Notes: generated by a model from the sequence alone, not told the origin. Shown: positions 1-12,576, numbered from the stretch's first letter. The stretch: 64,000 bases of DNA from Octopus sinensis (GCF_006345805.1 NC_043012.1:34906001-34970000), one strand, 5' to 3'. A program made the numbers and translations.

Positions 1-114
1 CCGTTATCATACAACTGACTCCCGGTATAATGACCATCCTTTTTTTTCTTCATTGAATCAATTTAGTTACGTCTCATCTCACTTCCTTTCAATTGTTACC
101 TGTAGCGCTGGAGG

Positions 115-295
115 ATGGTGGATGGCGGTGGTGGTGGTGGGGTGGTGGTGGTGGTGGTGGTGGATGGCGGTGGTGGATGGCGGTGGTGGTGGTGGTGGTG
201 GTGCATGGGTGATCTGAACATAACAAATCTTCAACATTTCACTTCGCCATCATCATCATCATCATCATCATCAATCATCATCATCATCTCATCAT

Positions 296-349
<54 letters not shown>

Positions 350-820
350 CAGCAGCTTCAACGTCGACATCATCGCCACTGTCTTTCTCCTGCTCAGCAT
401 CAGAATCACCATGATCCCCCTGCCCCTCTCCCCCTCACCTCCTCCTCCTCCTTATCATCATCATCATCATCATCACTACTAAAACCAATACCACTGATTG
501 ATTTCATGAGGACCCATACTCCATATCTGCACCCACCAAAAAGACACGTTCCTCCCTAACCCCCCCCCCCTCCACTTCTAACCACTGCAACCAAAGCAAT
601 ATTTTTCCTGCTGTCCCCTACACTATCGTCAACACTACCTTAGCCTCGACTGCTGCAACATATGTCCCCCACATATATCCCCCCTCTCTCACTGCAACTA
701 TGATCTCCAATTACTCCCCACTACCACTACCACCATCACCACCACTGCCACCACCACCACCACCACCACACCACCACCACCACCACCACCACCAATACCA
801 CCACCACCACCACCACCACC
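115..820. repeat. Compound trinucleotide low-complexity tract (GGT, CAT, CAG, CCT, CCA)
   Basis: Directly visible runs. They explain the poly-G/V/S/A ORFs. Confidence 0.95.
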
Positions 821-1930
821 GGCTCAACCCAGGCCCTACACTCCTTTGAAATCTTCAATCTTTATTAACACCATTATAACCACCACCAACCCCGTCACAC
901 TGATCTTACACCCCGTCCTCGTCCTCTCCCTCCTTCCCCTCTTCTCCCCCCCCCCAAAGAACTCTCGGTGCAACCCGACCCATCATCAACATCACAACCT
1001 ACCGTTTCCGGTCTTTAGACTCCTGTGCATTTCATGTTTTAGGAATTTAGTGGAGCGAATATCGCATCGTATGTCACCCACCCAGCAACCCCGCCCTTCT
1101 CTCGCCCGACACACAAAAATCAACTGTTTTTGTTGGTCTTCTTCTCTCAACATCCTGCTTTTCTACAAAGGGGATTCATCACAATTTGATCCCTCGCCGC
1201 TTTTATTCGTCGTTCTCTTTACACCACCCCTTTACACAAAATACAATTCTTTTACAACTACCACTACTACCACAACCAACATCACTACTACCACCACGAC
1301 CACCACGACCACCACCACGACCACCACTACCACCACCACCACCACACCACCACCACCACCACCACCACCCACCACCACCACCACCACCACCGGCTCAACC
1401 CAGGCCCTACACTCCTTTGAAATCTTCAATCTTTATTAACACCATTATAACCACCACCAACCCCGTCACACTGATCTTACACCCCGTCCTCGTCCTCTCC
1501 CTCCTTCCCCTCTTCTCCCCCCCCCCAAAGAACTCTCGGTGCAACCCGACCCATCATCAACATCACAACCTACCGTTTCCGGTCTTTAGACTCCTGTGCA
1601 TTTCATGTTTTAGGAATTTAGTGGAGCGAATATCGCATCGTATGTCACCCACCCAGCAACCCCGCCCTTCTCTCGCCCGACACACAAAAATCAACTGTTT
1701 TTGTTGGTCTTCTTCTCTCAACATCCTGCTTTTCTACAAAGGGGATTCATCACAATTTGATCCCTCGCCGCTTTTATTCGTCGTTCTCTTTACACCACCC
1801 CTTTACACAAAATACAATTCTTTTACAACTACCACTACTACCACAACCAACATCACTACTACCACCACGACCACCACGACCACCACCACGACCACCACTA
1901 CCACCACCACCACCACCACCACCACCACCA
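821..1930. repeat. 571-bp-period tandem duplication bounded by (CCA)n tracts
   Basis: ggctcaacccaggccc... starts at 821 and again at 1392. About 480 bp of unique sequence is identical by eye. Confidence 0.95.
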
Positions 1931-2004
1931 CCACTACTACCACCACAACTACTACTAGTACTATTACTACGACCACAACAACGACCACCGCAACTACCAC
2001 CGCA

Positions 2005-2042
<38 letters not shown>

Positions 2043-2412
2043 TACTACCCATCGCCTTCACTTATAACAGGTTATTACCGCAGTCTTTGATAATCTCGCT
2101 ATCATACTTGTCAGTCTCAACGCTACTGCAACCACCACCACCACCACCACCACCAAGCACTACGACGACAAACACCACCAACACGGCCAACAATCGCCAT
2201 GCCCCCGTCGTGAATCCGATCGCCACCACCGTCATCGCTAGAAATAAGTGGTGGGGAGAAAAAAAAGAAAAAAAGCCGCTTTGTAAGAAGGCAGAGAACA
2301 GTGTTGTGAGCGACAATTCAGAAAGAACATCGAAAGAATTGTTTTACCCCCCCCCCCCGTTTGGTGGGATCCAATCAGGTCTGAAATGACACCCTCTATT
2401 ATCTTTTTTCAT

Positions 2413-2576
2413 GTGGCTGTGTGGTAAGTTGCTTGTTTACGAGCCACATAGTTCCGGGTTCAGTCCCACTGCGTGGCACCTTGGGCAAATGCCTTCTACT
2501 ATAGCCTCGGGCCGACCAAAGCCTTGTGAGTGGATTTGGTAGACGGAAACTGAAAGAAGCCCGTCGTATATATGTA

Positions 2577-2633
<57 letters not shown>

Positions 2634-2854
2634 GTATGTGTTTGTATATGTTTGTGTGTCTGTGCTTGTCCCCCAACATCGCTTGACAACCGATGGTGGT
2701 GCGTTTGCGTCCCCGTAACTTAGCGGATCGGTAAAAAGAGGCCGATAGAATAAGTACTAGGCTTATAAAGAATAAGTCCTGGGGTCGATTTGCTTGACTA
2801 AAGGCGGTGCTCCAGCATGGCCGCAGTCAAATGACTGAAACAAGTAAAAGAGTA
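2413..2854 (+). mobile_element. tRNA-derived SINE family A (CORE-like ccttgggcaag segment, internal TA/TG microsatellite, (agtaaaag)n tail)
   Basis: A/B-box-like head gtggctgtgtggtaag...ggttcagtccc. Near-identical copies lie at 6903, 37946 and 48999. Confidence 0.9.
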
Positions 2855-3048
2855 CACCCAACTATTTATTGAAAACTTGTGTTTTTGTTCTATCTTTTGT
2901 TTCCATGCTTTCTTTTTCATTCAGGGTTTTCAGAAACACGTTTTTCCCCCACCTAGTCTTATTTATCTATTACATTGAACTTGTACTCAATATAAACTTG
3001 AAAGTAAGCTTATAGAGATCTGGGTCGGTGAATATTTTAATATAAATA

Positions 3049-3536
3049 CGTGATCTGATCAATAAGTATCCGGACTGATGCTATAGTAACGAAGCTAAAG
3101 CAAAGAGAATGAAGCCGCTTGGCAAAGATTGACCTTGAACTCTGCTGTGTATGCATACTAAGTCTTAACGCATATCAGCGATGTTTTTCTCAGGTCTGCT
3201 GGTTGCGGGTCTCCCAGAGCGTTTGTCAATATCGACATTTTTTTGGCCATCTTGGAAATATCTGACCTACTCGTACCTTTGTATGCGACTTATATACTCC
3301 TCTCCATACTCTTTCTGCAACTTTGCGCAGGCCTCTGAGCATGGTCAATGCGACGACAACATGCTACACACCTTCCTTCCAAGCACTGCTGTAAACAGCG
3401 GAAGTGAGCTAGAACGTTACAATTCAGTGCACATGCATAGCAGAGTTTAAGGTCAATCTTTGCCATACAGTTTTACTCTACGTGTTTTAGCTTCGTTACT
3501 ATGGCAACAGGCCGGATACTTATTGATCAGATCTCG
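3049..3536 (-). mobile_element. Internally deleted mariner element with HTH transposase remnant
   Basis: About 97-bp imperfect TIRs (CGAGATCTGATCAATAAGTATCCGG-like) and TA on both flanks. The minus strand reads ACAKLQKEYGEEYISRIQRYE*VRYFQDGQKNVDIDKRSGRPATSRPEKNIADMR, which contains the mariner D..RSGRP motif. Confidence 0.88.
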
Positions 3537-3961
3537 TATATTTAGGAGTGTTTGAGAAACGGAGCGGTTTTCTTATATTGCTCTCAGTGAACATACATTG
3601 GGAGAAATATTGCTGCAGTAGTTGCTTATCCCCAGGTCAAACCTTATCAAGTATCAAGCGAACATATAATCTAAGGTGTTCCAGCCGTGACCATCCCATA
3701 TTCTGAATATCAGAAACTATATTATTCGATGATTCCATTTTTATTTAGGATGGTAGGTGTGGTTGGAGGGAAATTTAGGTACTATTTCTAGCATAACGAA
3801 CAACACTTAGAGGCTCCCTTGTAAGCTGGAAGACGAGCTAGCTAATACTGATTTCAAATTTTGGCACAAGACCAGAAATTTCGAGAGAGGGTCTAAGTCG
3901 ATCACATCGACCCTAGTGCTCAACTGGTATTTATTTTACCGAACCCAGAAGGATCATCATT

Positions 3962-4172
3962 TTCTATTTCTTTACTACCCACAAGGGGACAAACAAAGGG
4001 ATTAAGTCGATTACATCGACCCCAGTGCGTAACTGGTACTTAATCTATCGACCCCGAAGGGATGAAAGGCAAAGTCGACCTCGGCGGAATTTGAACTCAG
4101 AACGTAACGGCAGAGGAAATACGGCTACGCAATTCGTCCGACGTGCTAACGTTTCTGCCAGCTCGCCGCATT
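3962..4172 (-). mobile_element. SINE family B
   Basis: Shared body ggtcgactttgcctttcatcc...ggggtcgat... and a 14-bp TSD gaaggatcatcatt (3948-3961 and 4173-4186). Confidence 0.9.
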
Positions 4173-4338
4173 GAAGGATCATCATTATGATCATGCGCAA
4201 CACTTTTTAAAATTCTTTATATTTAGCAACATCACTGCCACTGTTTCGTATAAGGCTCACCATCGTTAGCACCACTATTAACATCTTACAACCATCAACA
4301 CCATCACCACGGTTTATACAATCAATACTACTCCAACA

Positions 4339-4723
4339 GTGGAGGCGCAATGGCCCAGTGGTTAGGGCAGCGGACTCGCGGTCATAGGATCGCGGTTTCG
4401 ATTCCCAGACCGGGCGTTGTGAGTGTTTATTGAGCGAAAACACCTAAAAGCTCTACGAGGCTCCGGCAGGGGATGGTGGTGATCCCTGCTGTACTCTTTC
4501 ATCACAACTTTCTCTCACTCTTACTTCCTGTTTCTGTTGTGCCTGTATTTCAAAGGGCCGGCCTTGTCACTCTCTGTGTCACGCTGAATATCCCCGAGAA
4601 CTACGTTAAGGGTACACGTGTCTGTGGAGTGCTCAGCCACTTACACGTTCATTTCACGAGCAGGCTGTTCCGTTGATTCGGATCAACCGGAACCCTCGTC
4701 GTCGTAACCGACGGAGTGCTTCC
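4339..4723 (+). mobile_element. tRNA-derived SINE family D, full length
   Basis: Head gtggaggcgcaatggcccagtggttagg...gtttcgattccc and a 12-bp TSD actactccaaca (4327-4338 and 4724-4735). Confidence 0.9.
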
Positions 4724-6053
4724 ACTACTCCAACATCTCAACCAACTTCCATCTCCTCCTTCCCCGCATCATCATCATCATCATCATCATCAACACCGCT
4801 ACCGCATTTACCAATAGATTTCGCAGCTGTGTTCGCTCGATTCCTTTCGTTACGCTTTCTGGTCTTTGGCCAGAAAGAAGTTTTTTGTTTATTCTTTTGA
4901 TCAACCGGACTCCAAATCTTTTCTGTTCAGAAATTATGGTCAATCATTTAACTTCGAAATTTTTAGTATTTGGAGTTCCAGAGAAAAATATTCCCTGGAA
5001 CTCTGCCATCAAAATAGAAGTGGGTGGTCAGTTATATAACCAGACTGAATTCTGCATGCCATTCCTCAATCGCCAATTATCATTAGGCGAAGCTTCCAGA
5101 AAATAAAACAATTAGTAGTCTTGATTTTATGAAAGTTTTACTATTTCATTTCAGATGAAGAAATGGCTATAGCTTAATATTCGCCTAAATATCTTGCAAT
5201 TTCATTTCTCCAGATCTTAAGTTCATATCTCATAGGGATCAACTCTCTCTTTGTACCTCCTTCTTACCTGAAATGGACAAGTTAAGTATCAGTGGATTAA
5301 CAGAATCGGTCCAGTCAGTATCGGACAAAATGCCTTGCGGTATTTTGTTACGTGTCTCTACGGACTGAATTCAAATTATATAGAAAATACCTTTCTGTCG
5401 ACAAAACTCAAAGTGTGAGTCCTTAGAGGAGCGTCGAATGAGTCGGCTGCATCCTTCTCTACAATTTCTAACTGTTTCTATGTCTGAAAATTCATGTTAG
5501 GCGGCGAGCTAGCCGGACAAAATGCTTTGCAGCATTTCGTTCGTCTTTACGTTCTGAGCTCAAATTCTGCTGAGGTCGAACCTGCCTTTCATCCTTTTGG
5601 AGCCGAAATAATAAGTACCGACTGAGCATTGAAGTCGACCTAATCGGCTTATCCCCTCCCCCGAAAATTCTGTTCTTGAACCAAAATGTGAAATCAGTGT
5701 TATATGCACTTGTTTCAACCTTCTTCGTCCTGAGTTCAAATCTTACCAATGCCAACTTTATCTTTTATCGTTTGATCAAATAAAACTCCACTCAGAACCT
5801 GAACACACTTCATCCTCCGCCTCCGATTTCCAGACCTTGTGCCTAGGCTAAAAATATAATAAACCGAATACTATATTGTTGTTTAGCCGAACAAATCAAT
5901 GAATAAAGACACGCCAACGGAGACCAACTTGTATTTTTATGTATGTGAGCACGTATTGCACACGCACACGGGTGCCCCCCACATACACACGTAAATGTAT
6001 GTATATATATGCTGTTCCCTCACCTGTCTTCACTTTTGTTTTCCGTAAATTTG

Positions 6054-6100
<47 letters not shown>

Positions 6101-6103
<3 letters not shown>

Positions 6104-6698
6104 AATGAGAAAATGGAGAAACATACCTAAATCAATCATCAACCATCAGATAATACCCAATCAATACTTTATTAAACCATTACATAACAGCAATGACATT
6201 ATACATAATATATTGCAAATATAACTAGACATGGAAATAGAAATAGAAAATACAATTACATCATATCTGACAGCTGTTTCGGCCGTGAAGACAGGTATGT
6301 CTCATTTAACCTATCAGCCATATAAAGCAGGTATAAATGAGACATTAACAAGGATGTCTCGTAATTGTATTTTCTATTTCTATTTCCATGTCTAGTTATA
6401 TTTGCAATATATTATGCATAATGTCATTGCTGTTATGTAATGGTTTAATAAAGTATTGATTGGGTATTATCTGATGGTTGATGATTGATTTAGGTATGTT
6501 TCTCCATTTTCTCATTTTGTATTATTAATTTACGGTAATAATTTTACCCTTGCCCACATAATACAGTAGATGAATTAATTGCACCTCAATTTTTAACATT
6601 TATGTATTAGTCTTGTTGGGTACCTCTCTAGCAGTATATTGGATATATGTTATCCCATGGAGGGTTGAATTTACAACCCCTATCTCATTTTATAACTG

Positions 6699-6700
<2 letters not shown>
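6101..6700. mobile_element. Fold-back element, probably a Penelope-like remnant, in a TA microsatellite
   Basis: 159-bp arms (6101-6259 and 6361-6519) with 1 mismatch. The spacer contains gtttcggcc. A related copy lies at 25752. Confidence 0.65.
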
Positions 6701-6742
<42 letters not shown>

Positions 6743-6743
<1 letters not shown>

Positions 6744-7068
6744 GAGAGGGATGACCACTATATGGACAACCCTAATGCTAGAAGTAGATCCGCTATGGTC
6801 TTACCACTAAGAAATGTTCTCTAGAAAATTTAGCAAACACCAGAAACGTAAGCGAGCAAGACAAATGAAAAGTAACAAAAATATAGATTAATTATAAACA
6901 ATAGGCGCAGGAGTGGCTGTGTGGTAAGTAGCTTGCTTACCAAGCACATTGTTCCAGGTTCAGTCCCACTGCGTGGCATCTTGGGCGAGTGTCTTCTGCT
7001 ATAGCCCCGGGCCGACCAATGCCTTGTGAGTGGATTTGGTAGACGGAAACTGAAAGAAGCCTGTCGTA

Positions 7069-7121
<53 letters not shown>

Positions 7122-7707
7122 ATATGTTTGTGTGTCTGTGTTTGTCCCCCTAGCATTGCTTGACAACTGATGCTGGTGTGTTTACGTCCCCGTCACTTAG
7201 CGGTTCGGCAAAAGAGACCAATAGAATAAGTACTGGGCTTACAAAGAATAAGTCCCGGGGTCGATTTGCTCGACTAAAGGCGGTGCTCCAGCATGGCCGC
7301 AGTCAAATGACTGAAACAAGTAAAAGAGTAAAAGAGTAATGTTTCACTATTAATAGATTACGTAATCTTACTTACGCAATTTGTCCGTAGATCTTCAGTA
7401 TGATCGTCCATACAAATATAATTTGCAGAACTACACACCAGACGCCCGCACGAAGTCGAACATGTATGCAGTTCTACCTATTACACTTGTAGTTATTTTT
7501 CAAAAGTCCTCGTTTTGGCGGGCTAAATTACCGGAAATAATACTGCATAAAATAATTCACTGCAGTAGCCTTTGCCGGTTTGAAAGCGTATTAATTTGAA
7601 ATTAAAATTAAAATGAGGAAATTTTCTAGAGAACATTTCTTAGTGGTAAAACCATAACGGATCTACCTCTAGCATTAGGGTTGTCCACATAGTGGTCATC
7701 CCTCTCA
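6743..7707. mobile_element. Non-autonomous Tc1/mariner-type element with about 87-bp TIRs, carrying a nested SINE
   Basis: tgagagggatgaccactatatggacaacc... and ...ggttgtccacatagtggtcatccctctca, with TA on both flanks. Confidence 0.85.
6903..7338 (+). mobile_element. SINE family A nested in the TIR element
   Basis: Same head, body and tail as the copy at 2413. Confidence 0.9.
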
Positions 7708-7789
7708 TATGTGTGTTATACAATTTACTGAACCTTCAGTTTTTTATATGCTAGACCACTGGTGTTATCAAATTTGATGTTATCAAATT

Positions 7790-9560
7790 AATATCCAATT
7801 TTTCACCAATTTTGCTTTCAGTTTCTAGTACCGGGTCACTGTTTATGCGTCCTGTCAAAGCTGACTGTAAGATCTGCGCATCGAACCATTATGGACTCCG
7901 ACACTATCTTTATCGATTTACCTAACAAATACTCTATCTAGATATGATCAAGATGATCCGATGTAGTTGCTATATGTCCACACCAATACGTTCGAAAAAT
8001 CCGGTTAAAACCTGTCAGACCGTTTCAATAGATTGATCAGGTTTGTGAGATTTTTATGCTCTTTCTCCTCATTAGCAAAGCTCACTCACCCGATCATGGA
8101 CCTAAAATGTGATTCCAGTTTTCCACTAGAACAAAACTGCAGGGCTTTCCAAGAAACATTCTAAACACACAGATCCTGGCGCTCTTCTCCTTTTGGAGCA
8201 AAGACAGCCATAAGTCTGAAAGTACTTCTTTCACGTCTTTTATGTTTACTGCTATTACATTTGTTGTGGGTTTAGCTATTGTTATTGTTGCCGAGGTGTT
8301 GCGGTTAGTGGTGGGGGTAAAGTAAATGTGTGACTGGTTGATAAGTTACTACTCCTTCGAACCTTCCATCTTTAGCTTGGGGTGGCCTTCTTTTTTCTCC
8401 TCATTCTCCCGCCAAAGACCTCTTGTGCCACTCTTTCTCCTTGACCTTATCGTAAGATGAGGTGTCGGAATCGGAGATGATTGAAGTGGCGGGTGAATGT
8501 ATTTGTGCGTGTATGTTTTGCTGAGGAGAAGGAACTCTCGCTGGAGCTTTCTTTTGTTGTGATGACTTGTTTTATAGCTGTTGTTTTGGCGGTTAATTTT
8601 GCTTCTACTACTTTTGTTGTTGCTGCTTTGTTTGTTTGTTTGTTGAGCGAAGCGGTCTTTGTCACAGCTGTAGTGGGAGAAGTCCGAAACGTGGTCCTTT
8701 GCTATTCGTAAGACCCGCAGAAGAGAAAGCAGGTCAACCCCCGACACCGAGAGCATCGACGGATGAATGAATGCGCATCCAGGCTCAGCGGTTGCGTAGG
8801 AAGTCGGGGATAAGAAACAGGAAGTAAGAGTGAGAGAAAGCTGGAGCGAAAGAGTACAACAGGGGTCGCCACCACCCCCTGCCGGAGCCTCATGGAGCTT
8901 TTAGGTGTTTTCGCGCAATAAACACACACAACGCCCGGTCTGGGAATCGAAACCGCAATCCTTCGACCGTGAGTCCACTGCCCTAACCACTGGGCCATTG
9001 CGCCTCCGCTGTTGTCGCTGCTCTGGTTGTGGCTGGCAACAATGCAGAACACTTCTCTTTTGCTCGGTACTTTTGGAAGAACGTTCTCAGATAAATTATG
9101 CTTATACATATGACAGCTGAGTTGTCTACTCACAAAGCGTGTAGTTGCGTACCGTTCAGATCTATTCATAGCCGGTGCAGCAGTGGACGTGGCAGTGGTA
9201 ACGTTCGTGCTTTTGTTTAGATACGATTGCGTATTCTCCTCGTTCTAGGTTCCATTATGTATGTGGCAGTGATCTTCTTACGACTGTTGGTGGTTGTGAA
9301 TGTGGTGCTGATATTATTGCTGATGTTGTTACCTGCTCTTTCTCTTCAACATGGTCCATGATAGCAGTGGAGATGGTGACGGCTGCATTGCTGACGAGGA
9401 GAGAAGCTCTTCCTAGTGAAAGAAATAAAAGTGAGTCCTACCGTAGAACTGTATTCTTCTTCGCTGTTGGCATTACATTCATCCGCCATCTCTTGTTGAC
9501 CGGTAACCAACAACGACACCATATTCATGTCTTAATTCTGCTAGAATCTTTGTCTCTTTC
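7790..9560 (-). mobile_element. Decayed L1/Tx1-clade LINE (ORF1-like region and AP-endonuclease remnant)
   Basis: Minus-strand fragments FRLMAVFAP (8220), FVLVENWNHILG (degenerate GDWN motif) and WTYSNYIGSS*SYLDRVFVR (7980-7921), with several stops. The upstream S/T/K-rich ORFs at 8447-9528 are interpreted as ORF1. Confidence 0.75.
8675..9009 (-). mobile_element. SINE with a family D head and a different 3' tail, inserted in the LINE remnant
   Basis: The head matches the 4339 copy up to cttacttcctgtttct and then diverges. Confidence 0.8.
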
Positions 9561-10324
9561 CAGTCTTTTGACCCTAAGTAGGTTAGAAACTAGGGTACTG
9601 ACCAATCCCTCACAGTTGTGATCTGTTCTGGAACATGACACAGAAATTAACAAATGCAAATCCCTGAGACAGACACTTTTAACAGTTCTTTTTCAATTTA
9701 TGAAGTGAATCAAAATACGCTTTGCGAGGACAGGAAAAAAATAATAATTTCTTTATTGGTCAAAGTATAATAGTAATAATGATTTCTTTCATAATAATAA
9801 TAGTGATTTCTTTTATTTATAATAATACTTTCCTTTAATGCCGCAAGGGTGACGGATGGGAGATCATTACGGCGACAAGTTACAAAGAAGTGTGGGAAGT
9901 GTTCTCAGTAAAGTTAAGGTCACTTAACGTAAGTTCCAATGGAATGTCAGATGGTTTAGATCAATGGGTAAGTTACATCACTGCACATAAAGCTGGTGGA
10001 AAGGAAACAAAATATGACAGTTAGAAACATGAAAATTAACAAAATGCTTTAGGGATAAACACGTGTGCGTATGTGTATAAATTTAAGTCACAATATATGG
10101 ATTCAAGCAACCCGGAAGTACTCATAAAAAAAGTTCCTTAATGCATCATTCTACAAAACAGGTTGAATATATATAATACGATATTAAGAGAAAACGATAG
10201 GGAGTATATAAAGTCATAAATACTAGAGAAATAGTTTGATGAATTTTATTTAACAAGAAGAAACCTTTAATATTACGACACATTGTTTCGTAACTTAAAG
10301 ACATATAAATAATTTATATTATCA

Positions 10325-10913
10325 CTAGCAGTATCGCCCGGCGTTGCTCGGGTTTGTAAGGGAAATAACTATATAAGCATTTTTAGAGAGTTATAGCCAA
10401 AAAGTTGCAAAAAATGCATTAAAAATGGAAAAAAAATGATGGTAAATTTTTTTTTAAATCGTTGACTCATCGTAGACATTTTTAGAGAGTTACTTCCCTT
10501 TTTTTAATAGCGAAAAAATGCATTAAAATGGAAAAAATGATGGTAAATTTTTTTTAAATCGTTGACTCATCGTAGACATTTTTAGAGAGTTACTTCCCTT
10601 TTTTTAATAGCGAAAAAATGCATTAAAATGGAAAAGATGATGGTAAATTTTTTTTTAAATCGTTGACTCATCGTAGACATTTTTAGAGAGTTACTTCCCT
10701 TTTTTTAATAGCGAAAAAATGCATTAAAATGGAAAAGATGATGGTAAATTTTTTTTTAAATCGTAGACTCATCGTAGACGCGCGCTAAGGGCTCGATATG
10801 AATCACGACTATAAGATACCCGGTTTTGGTTAAACTGCACCGCAAAATGTAGGAGTAGTTAGGAATCTAAATCGTAGGAGACAGACACACAACTTGACTT
10901 TTATATATAAAGA
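10325..10913 (-). mobile_element. Non-autonomous Helitron with about four internal ~92-bp tandem repeats
   Basis: A|TC...hairpin cccgagcaacgccggg...CTAG|T on the minus strand. The tandem units span about 10415-10780. Confidence 0.85.
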
Positions 10914-10920
10914 TATTTAA

Positions 10921-10945
10921 TCTCTCTATATATATAAACGGCAAA

Positions 10946-10980
<35 letters not shown>

Positions 10981-11303
10981 CCCTTTATACAAATCCACAA
11001 TTTTTCAGTTAGAGGGCTCACACTTTCTAGGGTCATTCAAAACCGTCCAAGGGTGGTCGTGCACATCTTTACATTTCCCCAGTCACCCCGCAAAGTCATT
11101 AAAAAAATCAATAGAAGTGAGTTTTTTGTGAATTTTCTATCCAAAACCCAATCAAAATGCCCGAAACTTGATATGCCAATTGAAAGCTTGCTAGCTGTAT
11201 GTGATTGGTCGGAGATTTGGACAGCACTCACGTGTATGAGCGCACGCAGCTGTATATGCATGCACTAGCACTATGACCTGGCCTTGTCGGGTCATAGTGC
11301 TAG
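10921..11303 (+). mobile_element. Non-autonomous Helitron family 2
   Basis: A|TC start, 3' hairpin ctagcactatgacc/ggtcatagtgctag and CTAG|T end. Copies lie at 21231 and 51671. Confidence 0.85.
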
Positions 11304-11585
11304 TCATTAATAACGGTAATAATACTTCTTTATTTAAAATATATAGGCTCACGGTAGTTTTCTTTTAAACTGGGTTTCAGTCCTATATGTTTTCTGCTAT
11401 TACAATACCTTGTAAGTAAATTTAGTAGATAAAATCCGTATGCAAGCCTGTCATATATGTTTGTGCATGCGTAGATGTGTTGGCCCCATCTACTTGACAA
11501 TAACTGTTGATTTGTTTACATCTCCCCAGTAAAAAAAGAGACCAGTACAATAAGTACCAGCTTTAAAATATATACTAAAAAATAT

Positions 11586-11817
11586 TTATTTCTTTACTGT
11601 CCACAAGGGGCTAAACACAGAAGGGACAAACAAGGACAGACAAACGGATTAAGTCGATTACATCGACCCCAGTGCGTAACTGGTACTTTATTTATCGACC
11701 CCGAAAGGATGAAAGGCAAAGTCGACCTCGGTGGAATTTGAACGCAGACGTAAAGACAGACAAAATATCGCTAAGCATTTCGCCCGGCGTGCTAACGATT
11801 CTGCCAGCTCGCCGTCT
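11586..11817 (-). mobile_element. SINE family B
   Basis: Full-length match to the other B copies. Confidence 0.9.
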
Positions 11818-11969
11818 TTGATTGACTCAGCTCATCAACACGATACTCCGGCATAGCTACAGCACAAATAACTAATATTTATCTCAATGGATGGAGTACT
11901 TTTTTGTTGAATTTTCTTCACGAACAGTACATTATATACACACACACACACATACATATATATAAATGA

Positions 11970-12059
<90 letters not shown>

Positions 12060-12140
12060 TTAGATATATTTATTTATATATATAGAGAAAGATATTATTT
12101 CTAAATCTCTCAAAGAGAGACATTCAGTAACAGTTCTTTA

Positions 12141-12534
12141 AAGGCTTGTTTGTCAACAGAATGTGGCTGTCCCGAAAGGGACGCTGTTACTGTTGTTTTA
12201 GCCCCAAGAAACATCGTTTCTAGCTGGCTATATGACACACTATCTGTGTCCTTATATTTTCGAACGGGGAGTTCAGCACCCCATCTAGTGCAAAACAACA
12301 TCTGTGGACTAGTTTCTAGGTTATTGCCCTTTATCAACAAAGAGTAGCTGCTTGGCAAGACGGCGTTGCTGAACTCACCGTTCGAAGAAATAGCTTTCAA
12401 AGTGACACACAATCACTGATCTAAAATTAGAAATACTTAGTCGCATAGCCAGCTAGAAACGATGTTTCCTGGGGTTAAAACAGCAATAACATCGTCCCTT
12501 CCAGGACAGCCGCATTATGTTGGCAAATAGCCTT
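12141..12534. mobile_element. Fold-back MITE with long imperfect TIRs (about 150 bp) and TA flanks
   Basis: aaggc...gcctt termini. Matching arm segments include gaaacatcgtttctagctggcta / tagccagctagaaacgatgtttc and ttcgaacggggagttcagc / gctgaactcaccgttcgaa. Confidence 0.8.
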
Positions 12535-12536
12535 TA

Positions 12537-12576
<40 letters not shown>

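Noticed and set aside
846-2389. Long + strand ORFs of 197-293 aa
   Set aside because: They are held open by CCA/CTA repeats and the tandem duplication, and encode no recognisable protein.
4339-4415. tRNA-like heads (also at 2413, 6903, 9009, 63803) as tRNA genes
   Set aside because: They continue into SINE bodies with tails and TSDs, and no clean cloverleaf or acceptor stem is evident.
8349-9169. 135-aa and 155-aa ORFs as host genes
   Set aside because: They are better explained as a decayed L1/Tx1 ORF1 region plus an inserted SINE, upstream of an endonuclease remnant.
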